This document shows positions 12,071 through 26,710 of a DNA stretch of 64,000 bases, piece after piece. Under the pieces are notes generated by a model. It had not been told where the DNA came from, did no database searches, and saw only the letters and a program-made list of their open reading frames with translations. Both the position numbers and the translations under genes were made by a program. Source of the DNA: Eledone cirrhosa (taxonomy: Eukaryota); the NCBI GenBank assembly GCA_964016885.1, contig CAXHJY010000715.1, positions 1 to 64,000 of the forward strand, given 5' to 3'. Each line of letters begins with the position of its first letter. The first letter of the stretch is position 1.

Positions 12071-12240
12071 CATTAAAATATGTGTATGTATGTATATTAC
12101 AATAGACACCTCATCAGATTCTATCACCAAACCGATTCATGCTGGCACAAACAAAATTATTCTAATAACTTTCCTTGTTTATATTTTTCTCATGCAGACG
12201 ATATCTGCAATAAATCATCTGGAAACTTTCCACAAACACT

Positions 12241-12283
<43 letters not shown>

Positions 12284-12376
12284 GCAGAGCGAAAGATATT
12301 AGAAACAGATTAGATATAGATTTATATACATACATACATATATATACATACATACGTACATACATACGTACATACA

Positions 12377-12408
<32 letters not shown>

Positions 12409-12606
12409 CATACATACATACGTACATACATACGTACATACATACATACATACATAGATACATACATACATACATACATACATACATACATACATACCTA
12501 CATACATACATATATGTATGAATTTACACATCTACAGTTGTTACAGTACATATTAAAACTTCATTAGTGATATCAAGACACGCACACAACGCGCACACAC
12601 GCACAC

Positions 12607-12781
<175 letters not shown>

Positions 12782-13010
12782 GTCTGCAGTAATGTTTCAT
12801 TATATATAAGACAGTACTGCAATGTTTTCAGTACACCTCTATAGACTGACAAATAGAAAAATCTGTCTGATTGTGTCTGGTTTATCTTCTGCTGTAATAT
12901 AATACAATATAATACAATATAATACAATATAATATGATTTGTCGGCGAGATTCATAGTGCATACTTCGTTGTGATCTGAATGCATCGAAACCAGAATCAA
13001 AAGATGAGGT

Positions 13011-13091
<81 letters not shown>

Positions 13092-13186
13092 CAATACACA
13101 CACGCACACACATATACACACATATATATACATATATATATAGATATACATATACATACAGATATATATATATGTATATATATATG

Positions 13187-13217
<31 letters not shown>

Positions 13218-13450
13218 ATGTACATACACGCATATTTACATATATATATACGTGTGTGTATATATACATATATATATATAGATATACATACACGTACATA
13301 CGTATATATATACGTATATATATACGTATATATATATATGTGTGTATATATATATATATATACGTATATATATACGTATATATATATATGTACATATATA
13401 TATTGAGAGAGAGAGATACACGTACATACGTATATATATACGTATATATA

Positions 13451-13495
<45 letters not shown>

Positions 13496-13589
13496 GTATA
13501 TATATATATGTACATATATATATATAGAGAGAGATATATATAGATATATATATGTATATACACGCATATATACACATATATATATATAC

Positions 13590-13641
<52 letters not shown>

Positions 13642-14974
13642 CTACCAATAAACTTTAAGTCAATTAGGAAATTAAAGTAAATATGGACTGCCACTTTCGA
13701 TTAACTGTCTTGAGGTAGCATTTAGCCTGATAATGTTGGTGGTGGTGGTGGTGGTGGTGGTGGCGGTGATGGTGGTGGTGATGGTGGTGGTGGTGGCGGT
13801 GGTGGTGGTGGCGGTGGTCGTGGTGGTGGTGGTGGGGGGGGGGGGGGGGGGGGATGAAATACCATTTAGTCTGACGTCTTTGTTGTTGGTGGTGGTGTTA
13901 GTGGTGGCGGTGGTGGCGGTGGGAGAGTGAAATACCATTTAGTCTGATGTTGTTAATGTTGGTGTTGTTGTTGTTGGTGGTGGTGGTAATGGTGGGAGAT
14001 GGAAATACCATTTAGAAAGTTGGTGTTGTGCTAGTGGTGTTAATAATGGTATTAATGTTAGTAATGGTGACGGTGGTAATGGTGCTGGTGGTGGTGGTGG
14101 TGGTAATGGTGGTGGTGGTGGTGATGGTGGTGGCGGTGGTGGTGGTGATGGCGGTGGTGGTGGTGATGGCGGTGATGGTGATGGCGGTGGTGGTGGTGAT
14201 GGCGGTGATGGCGGTGCTAATGGTGATGGTAATGCTGGTGGAGGGGAGAAATACCAAAGTTATCTCGTGTCACTGGTTCCTAAAAACTTCCAGACATTGA
14301 TAGCTAGATTAGAAAGATCTGGAAATCCTTTCAATGATATATATATATATATATCATTGAAAGGATTTCCATATATATATATATATATACCATATATACA
14401 CATCTATACACAATATATACACAATAAATACTCAATATATACACATTTTACATTATGTATACACGATACATAAATAATATATAGTGTATATTCACAATAT
14501 ATACATAATATATTCACTATATTCACAATGTATACATAATATATACACTATATGACACAATATATATATACATTCTATACATAATATACATTATATATAC
14601 ACAATATATTCATTTAGCAGGTGCATTTAAACAATTCAAAGATATTTACTGTACATGTGAGAGAAAGAGAGACGGTTAGGAGGGAAAGATCGTGTATTTT
14701 GTCCGTTCTTTCTTATTAACATGGGTTGGACAGTGACCGGAGCTTATTTTAGTTTCACACGTCATTAAACGACTGAGAGTACGAGACTCCCCCCCCCCCC
14801 CCTTTACCCCCCCCACACACACATACTCTAGTCTAATCCTCACTTGCTGTTGTTGCTGATATTATATACTTTCAATTGTTAACCTGGTACATCGTGAACT
14901 GAAGTGTTTTGCTCAAGGACACAGTAACTTTTCCTTAATTTGTCCATACCGCATTGCCGCCAAAACACGGACCT

Positions 14975-16190
14975 GAGCTGACCTACATACACTGACTTAA
15001 CCTAGATATACTGACCTGACCTACATACACTGACTTAACCTAGATATATTGACCTGACTTACATATCTAACTTAACCTAGATACACCAACTTACATATAT
15101 GTACAACAGATACATTGATCTGACCTACGTACTGACCTGACCTACATACTGACCTGACCTACATACACTCTCTTCTCCTTGTGACGCTAAATTCCACCAG
15201 TTGCAGACTGCGCATCAACATGTGATATCTCTCTCCACAAAGTTCGATCACCAACAGCAGAGTTTAAAGAACAAAGATCAAGTCCAGTCCATAAGTTGAC
15301 ATTATCAAGCCATCGTTTTGGTTGCCGGCCCCTGCTTCTCTTACCAGCCGACCTTCCTTCTAGGCATAACATACTCACACCACAAGTTGATCTTTTTTAT
15401 ATGGCCGTATAGTTTGAGTACTCTTGACTTGACAATTGATGTAATTGGTCTAAGTTTGGTAATGTTGAGCAGCTCACTGATACAGATACAGATGCTGAGC
15501 CGCTTGCCAGTCATAAGTCTCATGATGTGGTTCTGGAATGTAGAGAGCCTCTCAAGTGACCTTGTCATCCAATTAAAGTCAAGACCATATAACACAACTG
15601 GTAGGATGTAAGTATCAACGATCTTAGCCTTCAAACACTACATACACTAGTCTGACCTAGATACTGACCTAACGTACATATACTGACTTAACCTACATAT
15701 ACTCATCTGACTTACATATACTAAGTTAACCTAGATACACCAACGTACAGCCGATACTGACCTACATACACTTGTCTGACCTAGATACTGACCTGACCTA
15801 CATCTAATGACCTGATCTACATACACTGATCTTACCTAGATACACTGACCTGACATACACATACTGATTTGACCTAGACACACTGACCCTCACCCTCTGA
15901 CCTAGATATAATGACCTAGATATACTGTCGTGGAAACTGTAGTACACAAGAAGGGCGAATTTAACCTATAGACTTTACTAAAAAAAACAACGTACTCTAC
16001 AATGGCAGGACGGACGTATTTGACCGAGATATAGTGACTTTCAATATTTACAGTGACCTGACCTAGATTCACAGACTTGACAGAGATATATTAGGTCTAT
16101 ATACAGTGACTTGACCTAGATTCACAGACTTGACAGAAATATAGTTGGTCTATATACAGTGACCTGACCTAGATTCACAAACTTGACTTC
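14975..16190. repeat. Degenerate ~20-bp minisatellite (ctgacctgacctacatacac), with ~50-bp higher-order units at 16030-16190, interrupted by a LINE fragment
   Basis: Repeated ctgacctgaccta[c/g]ata motif on both sides of 15168-15634. Confidence 0.8.
15168..15634 (-). mobile_element. RTE-clade LINE 3' fragment (frameshifted)
   Basis: Translations ILPVVLYGLD...LKLYGHI and CLEGRSAGKRSRGRQPKRWLDNV...DRTLWR are typical of the RTE ORF C-terminus. Confidence 0.8.
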
Positions 16191-16724
16191 TGTCGCTTAA
16201 CATCAATAATACTGGGATAAGCTGCGACATGATATGAATCTCAAGGCTTGGGAGAAACTGCTCACATTTTAAACTTTCAAACGATATATGGTTGATAAAA
16301 GTATGGTCTAAAAGAGAGCCGAGCCGACACCGCCATCAATAAAATGTTTGTTTCTAAGCAAGACTTTTCTGGCTACAGAGGTTATATGAGAGAGGGTGCG
16401 TGAGAGGAGAAACTGTTACATGATACGATAAAGTAGGTAGGTTCTCAAAGTATTATGTAGTTTTATTAACTTTGTACATCGGTTTCGCTGGAATGTTCCA
16501 AGAAACTCAATATAATTTTCAGGATTGGAAAGCTGACATTAGTGAACGACTAAAAGTTATGTTCGTCTTGACACTTCCTTGTTACATCCGCCTTGTGTTT
16601 TATAGTTGAGGTTTTATAACTTATCTTAAAAACTTTTATGACTCACCCCCGTTTTCTCCCTGAATTCCTAAAATACTGGTTGCCGCTTAATGCGATTACT
16701 TTTGTGAGATAAAGTTCTTTCAAA

Positions 16725-16960
16725 TGACAATAGCCGGCTTGGAACATTAAACGAAATGCTATAACAATGCCTTAAGCATGTTTAGGAATCCACAAATTTC
16801 GATAACAATAACCGGCTTGCAACATTAGACGAAATGTTATAACAATGTTTTGAACGTGTTTGGCAACTCACTAAATTTGATCATAATAACCAGCTGATGA
16901 CATTAAGCAAACATTTATAGCGATGCTTTAAGTGTGTAAGCCGATCCTCTAATTTTGATG
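16725..16960. repeat. ~77-bp diverged tandem repeat, 3 units
   Basis: caataaccggctt..aacatta.acgaaatg.tataacaatg recurs at ~16728, ~16805 and ~16884. Confidence 0.7.
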
Positions 16961-17102
16961 GCATCTACATTTTGATTTTATTATTTGTGATTACAATAAC
17001 CGGATTTTACTGTATTTTATTTGCTAACTTCCCACTAAACATGCTTGACTCTTTATAGCGAATATTGATTGAAATAAAAACATGCCTTTGGAATATATAT
17101 AA

Positions 17103-17245
17103 TTGGCAGAGTTAGAACGTCTGATAGAATGCCTTGCGGTATTTATTCCAGCTCTCGTTGCTTTACGTACAAATCCCGTCGTGGTCAACTTTACTTCTTA
17201 AGCCTTTGAAGTCAGTAAATAAAGTATTTGTCCAATACTGGAATC
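17103..17245 (+). mobile_element. Diverged octopus-type SINE
   Basis: ttggcagagttagaacg...caaatcccgtcgtggtcaacttt...aataaagta is homologous to the copies at 37253-37442 and 59165-59345. Confidence 0.6.
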
Positions 17246-17419
17246 AATAATTCGTCTAGATCACTTTCTAACTTTCGTAACCTCTCTCCATTTTTCTTTC
17301 TCTCACACTTACTCTCTCATTCACTCTCTTTCACCCTCTACCCCTCTCTCTCTTTCTCTCTCTTTCTCTCTCTTTCTCTCTCACACGCACACGCACTCTC
17401 TCTCTCTCAATCACACACA

Positions 17420-17497
<78 letters not shown>

Positions 17498-17875
17498 CTC
17501 TCTCTCCCCTCTCTCTGTCTCTGCAAGTTATCAGCTGTGACATCCTAATACCACCACATCTCCAACATAAAAGATGTTTTCCTCTCCTAATTTTATGTTT
17601 ATCTACTACTAGACATTTCGAAGTTCCCCAAGATCCAAACATCGAGATGTATTGTTGTTTAACATAAGTAACGATAATTACCTTTATATTCATTTTCTAT
17701 ATTTCTTTTCCTCATTGTGTAACGTCCCTTGTATATGGATGTTATTTCTATATATTCGTATCTTATTAAAATGATAAAATAATGTTTAGGCTTACCTATT
17801 GTTATTTTCTATATTTAGTGAAACGTGCGTAAAACAAATAAAATATGATGATTCTCTCTTAAACATTGCTTGCAC

Positions 17876-18010
<135 letters not shown>

Positions 18011-18140
18011 TATTAGGCATGTATTATATTATGTTTATATACATAAATTAGCAATATATATACGTATACATATCTACGTATATATATTTATATTTATGTA
18101 TGTACGTATGTATGTATATATATATATTTATGTATGTACG

Positions 18141-18175
<35 letters not shown>

Positions 18176-18288
18176 ATATATGTATGCTTTTATACACACA
18201 CATATATATATATGTATATATATATGTATATATATATATGTATATATATATATGTATATATGTATATATATATATATGTATATATATT

Positions 18289-18397
<109 letters not shown>

Positions 18398-19541
18398 TTT
18401 GCCTGGGGTTCGTTGTAATTTATTTACTAGATAATTTAATATGATATTCAGTTGGATTCTTAGCTGCAAGATTGAAGTTCCCAAGTAACAAGTAAACCTT
18501 AATTATGTTGTTGCTGGTGGTGATGAAGTCGTTGCTGGTGATGTTGATGACGGTGGTGGGGATGGTGATGATGGTGATGTTGATGATGACGATGATGATA
18601 ATGACGATGATGGTGATGATGATGATGATAATCATCATCATCATGACGACGATGATGATCATCATCATCATCATCATGACGACGATGATGATGATGATGA
18701 TGACGGCGATGATGATGATGATGAGAATAATGATGACGATGATGATGATGATGATGACGGCGATGATGATGAGAATAATGATGACGATGATGATGATGAT
18801 GATGATGATGACGGCGATGATGATGATGATGCTGATCAGGATGATGATGACGGCGATGATGATGATGATGAGAATAATGATGACGATGATGATGATGATG
18901 ATGATGATGCATTGTAGACATGTGTCATTTACCGTGGCCTCTGTTCGAACTGAGACTTGTCAGTGACATCTGGAAGATGGAAACTGTTTGGAAGTTCGTT
19001 GAATGAACTGAAGCCAGTAATTAAAATGGAACAACCTTGTTTCTCACTGAATCTCCGGAACTTTCACGAACGGCTGTTCCATTGACCAAACTCCGTAAAT
19101 TTCACAAACTGGCTGCTCTAAGGATCCATCTCTGTAAATTTTACAAACTGGCTGTTCTATTAATCAAACTCCGTAAATTTTACGAACTGGCTGTTCCGTT
19201 AATCGAACATTTGGAATAGTTATCGTTAAAACTGAGTTCAATAAACGGTGCTACGCACAAACATATAGACGCATACAGCTGGGTCTCAGAGTGTAGAGAC
19301 TTGTAATTAATAAAGCCCTAGTATTTATCTAACCAGGCTCGGTTTGCTTCCAATACACGGATCTAACGACTTCCGGTGCTGAAAACGGAGTCCAGATGGC
19401 GTCTGTAAGAAAGTTTAATTATAATCACGCAAATACAGCCGCCATTGTAAGACAGACTCTCTACTGAAATTATAAATATTGTTAGTTTCACCATGATTTT
19501 ATAGAGGCATGCGTGTGTATACATGTATGTATGTATGTATG

Positions 19542-20135
19542 TTTTCTCTTTCTCTTAATTTCGAGTATATTTTTTTGACCGGCCACCTTCCTGGTGGCAA
19601 GGTTGTAAAAGAAAAGAAATTGTCATCCCTTGAATCGCAAGAATGTTTTGCAAATTTTGAAGGTGCCAGCTATCGCAGCCATTTGTAGACTATGAATTAG
19701 GGAGCTGCGCTTTTTGTCCGCAAATCCAAGTTCAGTCATACTTTGGTCCAAGCGGGTTGGTATATAACCCGTAGCACCAATAATGATGGGTATGAAGCTA
19801 AAGGTGTATCTTGGATACTGGATTTGTAAACTCCTCATCAATGGTCCGTAGATGTCCTCCTTCTCCTGTATTTTTCTGACAACGTTTCCATCAAGTGGGC
19901 AGCTTATCTCCACAACAGAACACATTTTCAATATGTGGTCCCAAACTACAATATCAGGCCGGTTGTTCTTTAATTTGGTGGCAGTTTTTATTTTCAGGTT
20001 CCACCAGTATTCCTTAGTGCCATCTGTCTCAATATATTCTTCCTCGTTTGTTGTTAATTTTGTTTTCCGAAGTGCGTTCCAGATGGTTCTAGCTATCCCA
20101 TCGTGTCTCATGGGGAAGTAGTAGCGAGATGACAT
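19542..20135 (-). mobile_element. R4/Dong-like RLE retrotransposon family A, 5'-truncated
   Basis: Encodes RHDGIA...NRPDIVVWD...VVEISCP...EKEDIY (restriction-like endonuclease) plus 3' UTR. (TATG)n on both sides. Confidence 0.9.
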
Positions 20136-20240
20136 GTATGTATGTATGTATGTATGTATGTATGTATGTATGTATGTATGTATGTATGTATGTATGTATG
20201 TATGTATGTATGTATATATGTATGTATGTATGTATGTATG

Positions 20241-20644
20241 TTCTTCTAGTTTCATAATTTCACAAAATTTTGCCAATAGAGAGAGAGAGGGTGTTTCTAG
20301 CATAGTTACAAGACTCTCTCATTAGAATTTACACATCAACTAGGTAAATATGTAAGCATGTCTACATGCATGTGTGTGCAGATATGGATGTCATTGTATG
20401 CGTGGATGTGGATGTTTTGAGTTGTATGTGTGCATGTACAAAGCGTATCTGTACAAGTTTTTACTGGAACATTCCACCAGTGCTCTATCATATTATGTAT
20501 ATGGATGTCTTCCACATTGCTGTAGCTTTTAATGTGTTTATTATCGGGGCTATCTTTTCTGTGGATTGCATTGTACAGTGTTTTGGCCACTACATCATGC
20601 CTCATATGTAGTTAGTATCGCGATGACATCTTCGGACAGCTGCT
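20241..20644 (-). mobile_element. R4/Dong-like family B, 5'-truncated with internal deletion
   Basis: RHDVVAKTLYN...WWNVPVKT is joined at ~20457 directly to the family B 3' UTR seen at 26807-27030. (TATG)n on both sides. Confidence 0.85.
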
Positions 20645-20697
20645 TATGTATGTATGTATGTAAACTATGTATGTATGTATATATATATATATCTATG

Positions 20698-20732
<35 letters not shown>

Positions 20733-21230
20733 GTGTGTATGTGTGTGTGTGTTTGCTTGTGTGTCTAAATTATTGATATACATAGACAAAACATACATAC
20801 TCTCATACACACATAAACAGCAGATCAAAGTCTGTAGGATATACATATATGAATATATATACATATAAATATATATTAGAGTATGGGGTTAACAGACCAG
20901 AGAAGTGTGAACCATATCATGGTCTATCGGTTGTGAAGCAGATAAAAAGAAGCTCTCAGCGACCTGTATAAATGGTGCAAGTCGGAGCTTTATATATTAT
21001 TAAAATATCAGACCATATACAGTTGATTCAGGTTTATTTAAACATCCGTTATACATATTTCACTGAGGACTAACAGACGGCAAACCCTAAATTAAACATT
21101 AAATGTTCCTAAGAAACTTTTAAATTTGTAAAAATCCAATAATTTCCCCGGAAAAAATGTTTTCGTGATACATGGGGCCAGAACGCGTGGTGTCATTTCT
21201 TTGACGGCCAGCCCCTATATATATATATAT

Positions 21231-21421
21231 AACGAAGGAGGTGTGGTAAGGAACCAGATGGACCATAACGCACCAAAGTACTCAATACTTAGAGTAGTAG
21301 AGTGGGTAATAGGAAAATGTTTAACTCCGACAGCAGAGCTCAAGCCGTTTCGACGGTTATTTCTGGACTGAAATAGCCGTCAAAACGGCTTGAGCTCTGC
21401 TGTCGGGGTTAAACATTTTCC

Positions 21422-21424
<3 letters not shown>
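21231..21424 (-). mobile_element. Penelope pLTR-like fragment with ~55-bp-arm fold-back containing the 3' half of a hammerhead
   Basis: Hairpin 21309-21424. The left arm on the minus strand reads GAAA-cggc ttgagctct gctg-TC-ggagtt. Second copy at 49293-49486. (TA)n flanks. Confidence 0.7.
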
Positions 21425-21453
<29 letters not shown>

Positions 21454-21468
21454 CATATATATACATAC

Positions 21469-21505
<37 letters not shown>

Positions 21506-21746
21506 AATACATATATATACATATATATATATATATATACATATATATATACATATATATATACATATATATACACATATATATACATATATATATACAT
21601 ATATATATATACATATATATATCAGCAAAAGGGATATTTAATTTGTTGGTAATTCAACAAATATAAATGTTTATAACTGATTCAAGCACTCCACAGTTTT
21701 TTTTATATTTATAAATATAGTTTCGATTTATTTAATATCATTGTAT

Positions 21747-21779
<33 letters not shown>

Positions 21780-22246
21780 CTTCAAATTCTAGCCGTTTGT
21801 AAACAAAGCGTGCTTTTTGTCTCCCTATTTATATACATATATATATACCTCTTTAGTTATATAGCTTCTAATTGAGTGGAAGGGAGCATGGTTGGCGTGT
21901 AGGGTTCGTGCCCCATGTACGCCAATACTCGTCCTTTTTTCCATTCAGGGTTTTTTAGAATCCCAACTAACAGACTGATCCTATTTAGTCAAATACAGCG
22001 TAAGCACATGTTACTACCTAATTTACGCATACCCCCCCCCCCCCCCATATATATATATATACACACATACATATACATATATCCGTAGATTATTGAATGA
22101 ACCATTATTCTTTCTTTAACAATGGCTGCTTGTCTGGCAGGAGTTAAAATTATTTCTAACACGTTAACTATCAAGAGACAGCCTACACACAATTAGCTGA
22201 GATTTATCACAAAATAATTTATATACATACATACACACACACACAC

Positions 22247-22322
<76 letters not shown>

Positions 22323-22327
22323 GTATG

Positions 22328-22406
<79 letters not shown>

Positions 22407-22689
22407 ATATATATATGCATACTTATATTTGTATACATACGTTTGTGTTTGTGTATGCAAGTTTATACATATATATCTGTGTGCTTGAATATAATTATAC
22501 ATATACATACATATATACATGCATACAAACATACATACATACTTACATACATACACACATACATACATACATACATACATACATACATACATACATACAT
22601 ACATAGATACATATGTATACATACATACATATATACATACATATACATACATATATATACATGCATACATACATACATACATACATACA

Positions 22690-22720
<31 letters not shown>

Positions 22721-22800
22721 GTATACATACATACATATATACATACATATACATACATACATATATACATGCATACATACTTACATACATATATGCATAC

Positions 22801-22836
<36 letters not shown>

Positions 22837-22859
22837 GTATACATACATGCATGCATACA

Positions 22860-22890
<31 letters not shown>

Positions 22891-22909
22891 GTATACATAC
22901 ATGCATGCA

Positions 22910-22940
<31 letters not shown>

Positions 22941-23256
22941 GTATACATACATGCATGCATACATACATACATACATACATACATACATACATACATACAT
23001 ACATACATACATACATACATACATACATACATACATACATACATACATACATCATAGCGGTCTGTTTGAAGGAGATTGGTCTTTAATTCCATTCACTCTA
23101 TCTCAACTATAAACTCAAACAAAACAAATAATATGAATAAGAAGAACTAAAAATATATAAAATAAAATGAACTTTATTTGTTTCTTACTCTGGGCGGTTT
23201 TGATAGTAAAATAAACATATGTCTTTGTATGTATTTATGTATGTATGTAGGTATGC

Positions 23257-24564
23257 ATGTATGTATTCAGGAATTGCGAGCATGGTGTTTACATCCGATA
23301 TCGAACCTCAGGCAGCGTATTTAACATCAGGCGCTTTGCTGCAAAGACAAAAGTATTTACATCAATCATAAGAGACCTCTTGTATGCAGATGATTGCGAT
23401 CTTGTAGCGCACACAGAGAGTGATATGCAGCACATTTTGAATGCATTTTCTGACGCTTGCACTGCCCTGGGTTTGACTGTCAGTCTCAAGAAAACCGTCG
23501 TCATGTACCAACCTGCCCCTGGTAAGCAGTACACTGAACCAAACATCTATGTGTATGGCAAACGACTTGGAGTGGTTGATCAGTTTGTCTACCTGGGAAG
23601 CACTGTCAATCGATACGGCAACCTTGACATTGAAATCTCACTTAGGATTAGGAAAGCAAGTGATGCTTTCGGAAAGCTAGAAAGGCGACTCTGGGGTCGG
23701 CGAGACATATGCAGGAGGACAAAGGTAAAGGTGTACAGGGCATGTGTGCTCTCTTGTCTTCTTTATGCCTGCGAGACCTGGGTCACATATCGACACCACC
23801 TTAAGCAATTGGAGCGTTTCCATCAGATGTGTCTCAGACGGATCCATGGCGTTTACTGGAGGGACCACATCAGTGGTATCGAGATTTTGGAAAGCTCTAT
23901 GTGTGACAGTATAGAAGCTCTTGTGCTTAAGCAACGACTCCGTTGGAGTGGTCACCTTGCCAGGATGAAGGATTCTAGAATACCAAAACAACTCTTTTAT
24001 GGAGAGTTGGTTAAAGGAAAACGACCACCACATAAACCAAAAAAGAGGTATAAGGATTCCTTGAAAGCCTCTCTGAAAGACGCTAACATCTCTGCTGATA
24101 CATGGGAAAATATTGCTGCTGATCGTAATAAATGGAGAAAGACTGTATATGAGGGAAAAGTTGCCTTTGAGACATCTCGAATCGCATACGAGAAAGTAAA
24201 GCGGGATGTGAGGAAGGGCATTGCTGTTGCACTTCCAGACGGCGAGGGTCCTCCTATGGTGCTGACATGCAGCGTCTGTGCGAGACTCTGCCTAAGCAAA
24301 GCTGGACTCGAAAGTCATCTTCGCAGTCATAAAGTAAGACCAGTGGTTGACTACCAGGCTGCTGTTGGAGATGCTACTCATCATGCTTGCCAAACATGTG
24401 GTAGAGAATGTAAATCAGCAGGAGGGCTCAAGCGACATGCAAAAGTACACGAACTCCAACCACAGCCGACTATTCCCAGTAAATGTTTTGGTTGCCGACT
24501 CTGTGCAAGACATTTTAGATCATTGGCTGGGCTAAAAAGCCACATTCGATCGCAGCACTGTTAG
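23257..24564 (+). pseudogene. Truncated RTE ORF (RT C-terminal half plus 3 C2H2 fingers), 435 codons open
   Basis: From the ORF track. The start Met comes from the flanking TATG repeat. Fingers: CSVC..HLRSH, CQTC..HAKVH, CRLC..HIRSQH. Confidence 0.85.
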
Positions 24565-24862
24565 TTGCTATCGTGTGTGTGTGTATAGATATGTTTATGT
24601 GTGTGCGTCTATGTGTATATATATATGTATATGTATATTATTATTGTTGTTGTCGTTATTATTGTTGTTATTATTATTATTATTATTGTTATTAATGTAT
24701 GTGTGTGTGTATATGTGTGTGTGTATATGTGTATGTATGTGTGTATGTATATATATATATATATATATTTTTTTTTTCTATTAATTTTTTTTTTTTCTCC
24801 TCGTGCAATGGCCATACTCGATAACGAGGGGGCAGCCATCATCATGTATGTATGTATGTATG
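23265..24862 (+). mobile_element. RTE-clade LINE, 5'-truncated, with three C-terminal C2H2 zinc fingers and (TATG)n tail
   Basis: Open frame with LLYADD, FVYLGS, LLYACETW, LRWSGH and IPKQLFYGEL; 3' stem-loop ctcg ataa cgag; TATG repeats at both junctions. Confidence 0.92.
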
Positions 24863-25385
24863 TTTTATCTCTTTTTCTTAATTCCGAGTATATTTTTTGA
24901 CCGGCCACCTTCCTGGTGGCAAGGTTGTAAGAGAAAAGAAATTGTCATCCCTTGAATCGCAAGAATGTTTTGCAAATTTTGAAGGTGCCACCTATCGCAG
25001 CCATTTGTAGACTATAAATTAGTGAGCTGCGCTCTTTCTCCGCAAATCCAAGTTCAGTCATACTTTGGTCCAAGCGGGTTGGTATATAACCCGTAGCACC
25101 AATAATGATGGGTATGAAGCTAAAGGTGTATCTTGGATACTGGATTTGTAAACTCCTCATCAGTGGTCCGTAGATGTCCTCCTTCTCCTGTATTTTTCTG
25201 ACAACGTTTACATCAAGTGGGCAGCTGATCTCCACAACAGAACACGTTTTCAATGTGTTGTCCCAAACTACAATATCAGGCCGGTTGTGCTTTAATTTGG
25301 TGGCAGTTTTTATTTTCAGGTTCCACCAGTATTCCTTAGTGCCATCTGTCTCAATATATTCTTCCTCGTTTGTTGTTAATTTTGT
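24863..25385 (-). mobile_element. R4/Dong-like family A, 5'-truncated
   Basis: Near-identical to 19542-20060; RLE domain; (TATG)n on both sides. Confidence 0.9.
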
Positions 25386-25986
25386 ATGTATGTATGTATG
25401 CATGTATGTATGTATGTATGTATGTATGTATGTATGTATGTATGTATGTATGGATGTATGTATGTATGTATGTATGTATGTATGTATGTATGGATGGATG
25501 TATGTATGTATGTATGTATGTATGTATGTATGTATGTATGTATGTATGTATGGATGGATGTATGTATGTATGTATGTATGTATGTATGTATGTATGGGTG
25601 TATGTATGTATGTATGTATGTATGTATGTATGTATGTATGTATGGGTGTATGTATGTATGTATGTATGTATGTATGTATGTATGTATGTATGTATGTATG
25701 TATGTATGGATGTATGTATGTATGTATGGATAGATGGATGGATGTATGTATGTATGTATGGATGGATGGATGTATGTATGTATGTATGGATAGATGTATG
25801 TATGTATGTATGTATGTATGTATGTATGTATGTATGTATGGATGTATGTATGTATGTATGTATGTATGTATGTATGTATGTATGGATGGATGGATGGATG
25901 GATGGATGGATGGATGGGTGGATGGATGTATGTATGTATGTATGTATGTATGGATGGATGGATGCATGGATAGATGTATGTATGTA

Positions 25987-26710
25987 TTCTCTTTCTCTTA
26001 ATTTCGAGTATATTTTTTTGACCGGCCACCTTCCTGGTGGCAAGGTTGTAAAAGAAAAGAAATTGTCATCCCTTGAATCGCAAGAATGTTTTGCATATTT
26101 TGAAGGTGCCAGCTATCGCAGCCATTTGTAGACTATGAATTAGGGAGCTGCGCTTTTTGTCCGCAAATCCAAGTTCGGTCATACTTTGGTCCAAGCGGGT
26201 TGGTATATAACCCATAGCACCAATAATGATGGGTATGAAGCTAAAGGTGTATCTTGGATACTGGATTTGTAAGCTCCTCATGAATGGTCCGTAGTTGTCC
26301 TCCTTCTCCTGTATTTTTCTGACAACGTTTACATCAAGTGGGCAGCTGATCTCCACAACAGAACACGTTTTCAATGTGTGGTCCCAAACTACAATATCAG
26401 GCCGGTTGTGCTTTAATTTGGTGGCAGTTTTTATTTTCAGGTTCCACCAGTATTCCTTAGTGCCATCTGTCTCAATATATTCTTCCTCGTTTGTTGTTAA
26501 TTTTGTTTTCCGAAGTGCGTTCCAGATAGTTCTAGCTATCCCATCGTGTCTCATGGGGAGGTAGTAGCGAGATGACATTCTTTCGCAGCTGGCAACAATG
26601 TGGCTTACATCCTCGATCTTTGCTTTACATAGCCTACATTTATTGTCAGCTGCTGGCCCTCCTCTTTTGTGCAGCAGATATTTGGTAGGGAGTTCTTGTT
26701 CCTGTATTGC

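Noticed and set aside
24945-25967. 340-aa ORF (and 19623-20303) fusing HTYI repeats to a nuclease domain, superficially a repeat-array nuclease
   Set aside because: This is read-through from the flanking (CATA)n into a 5'-truncated RLE fragment; the fusion point differs between copies.
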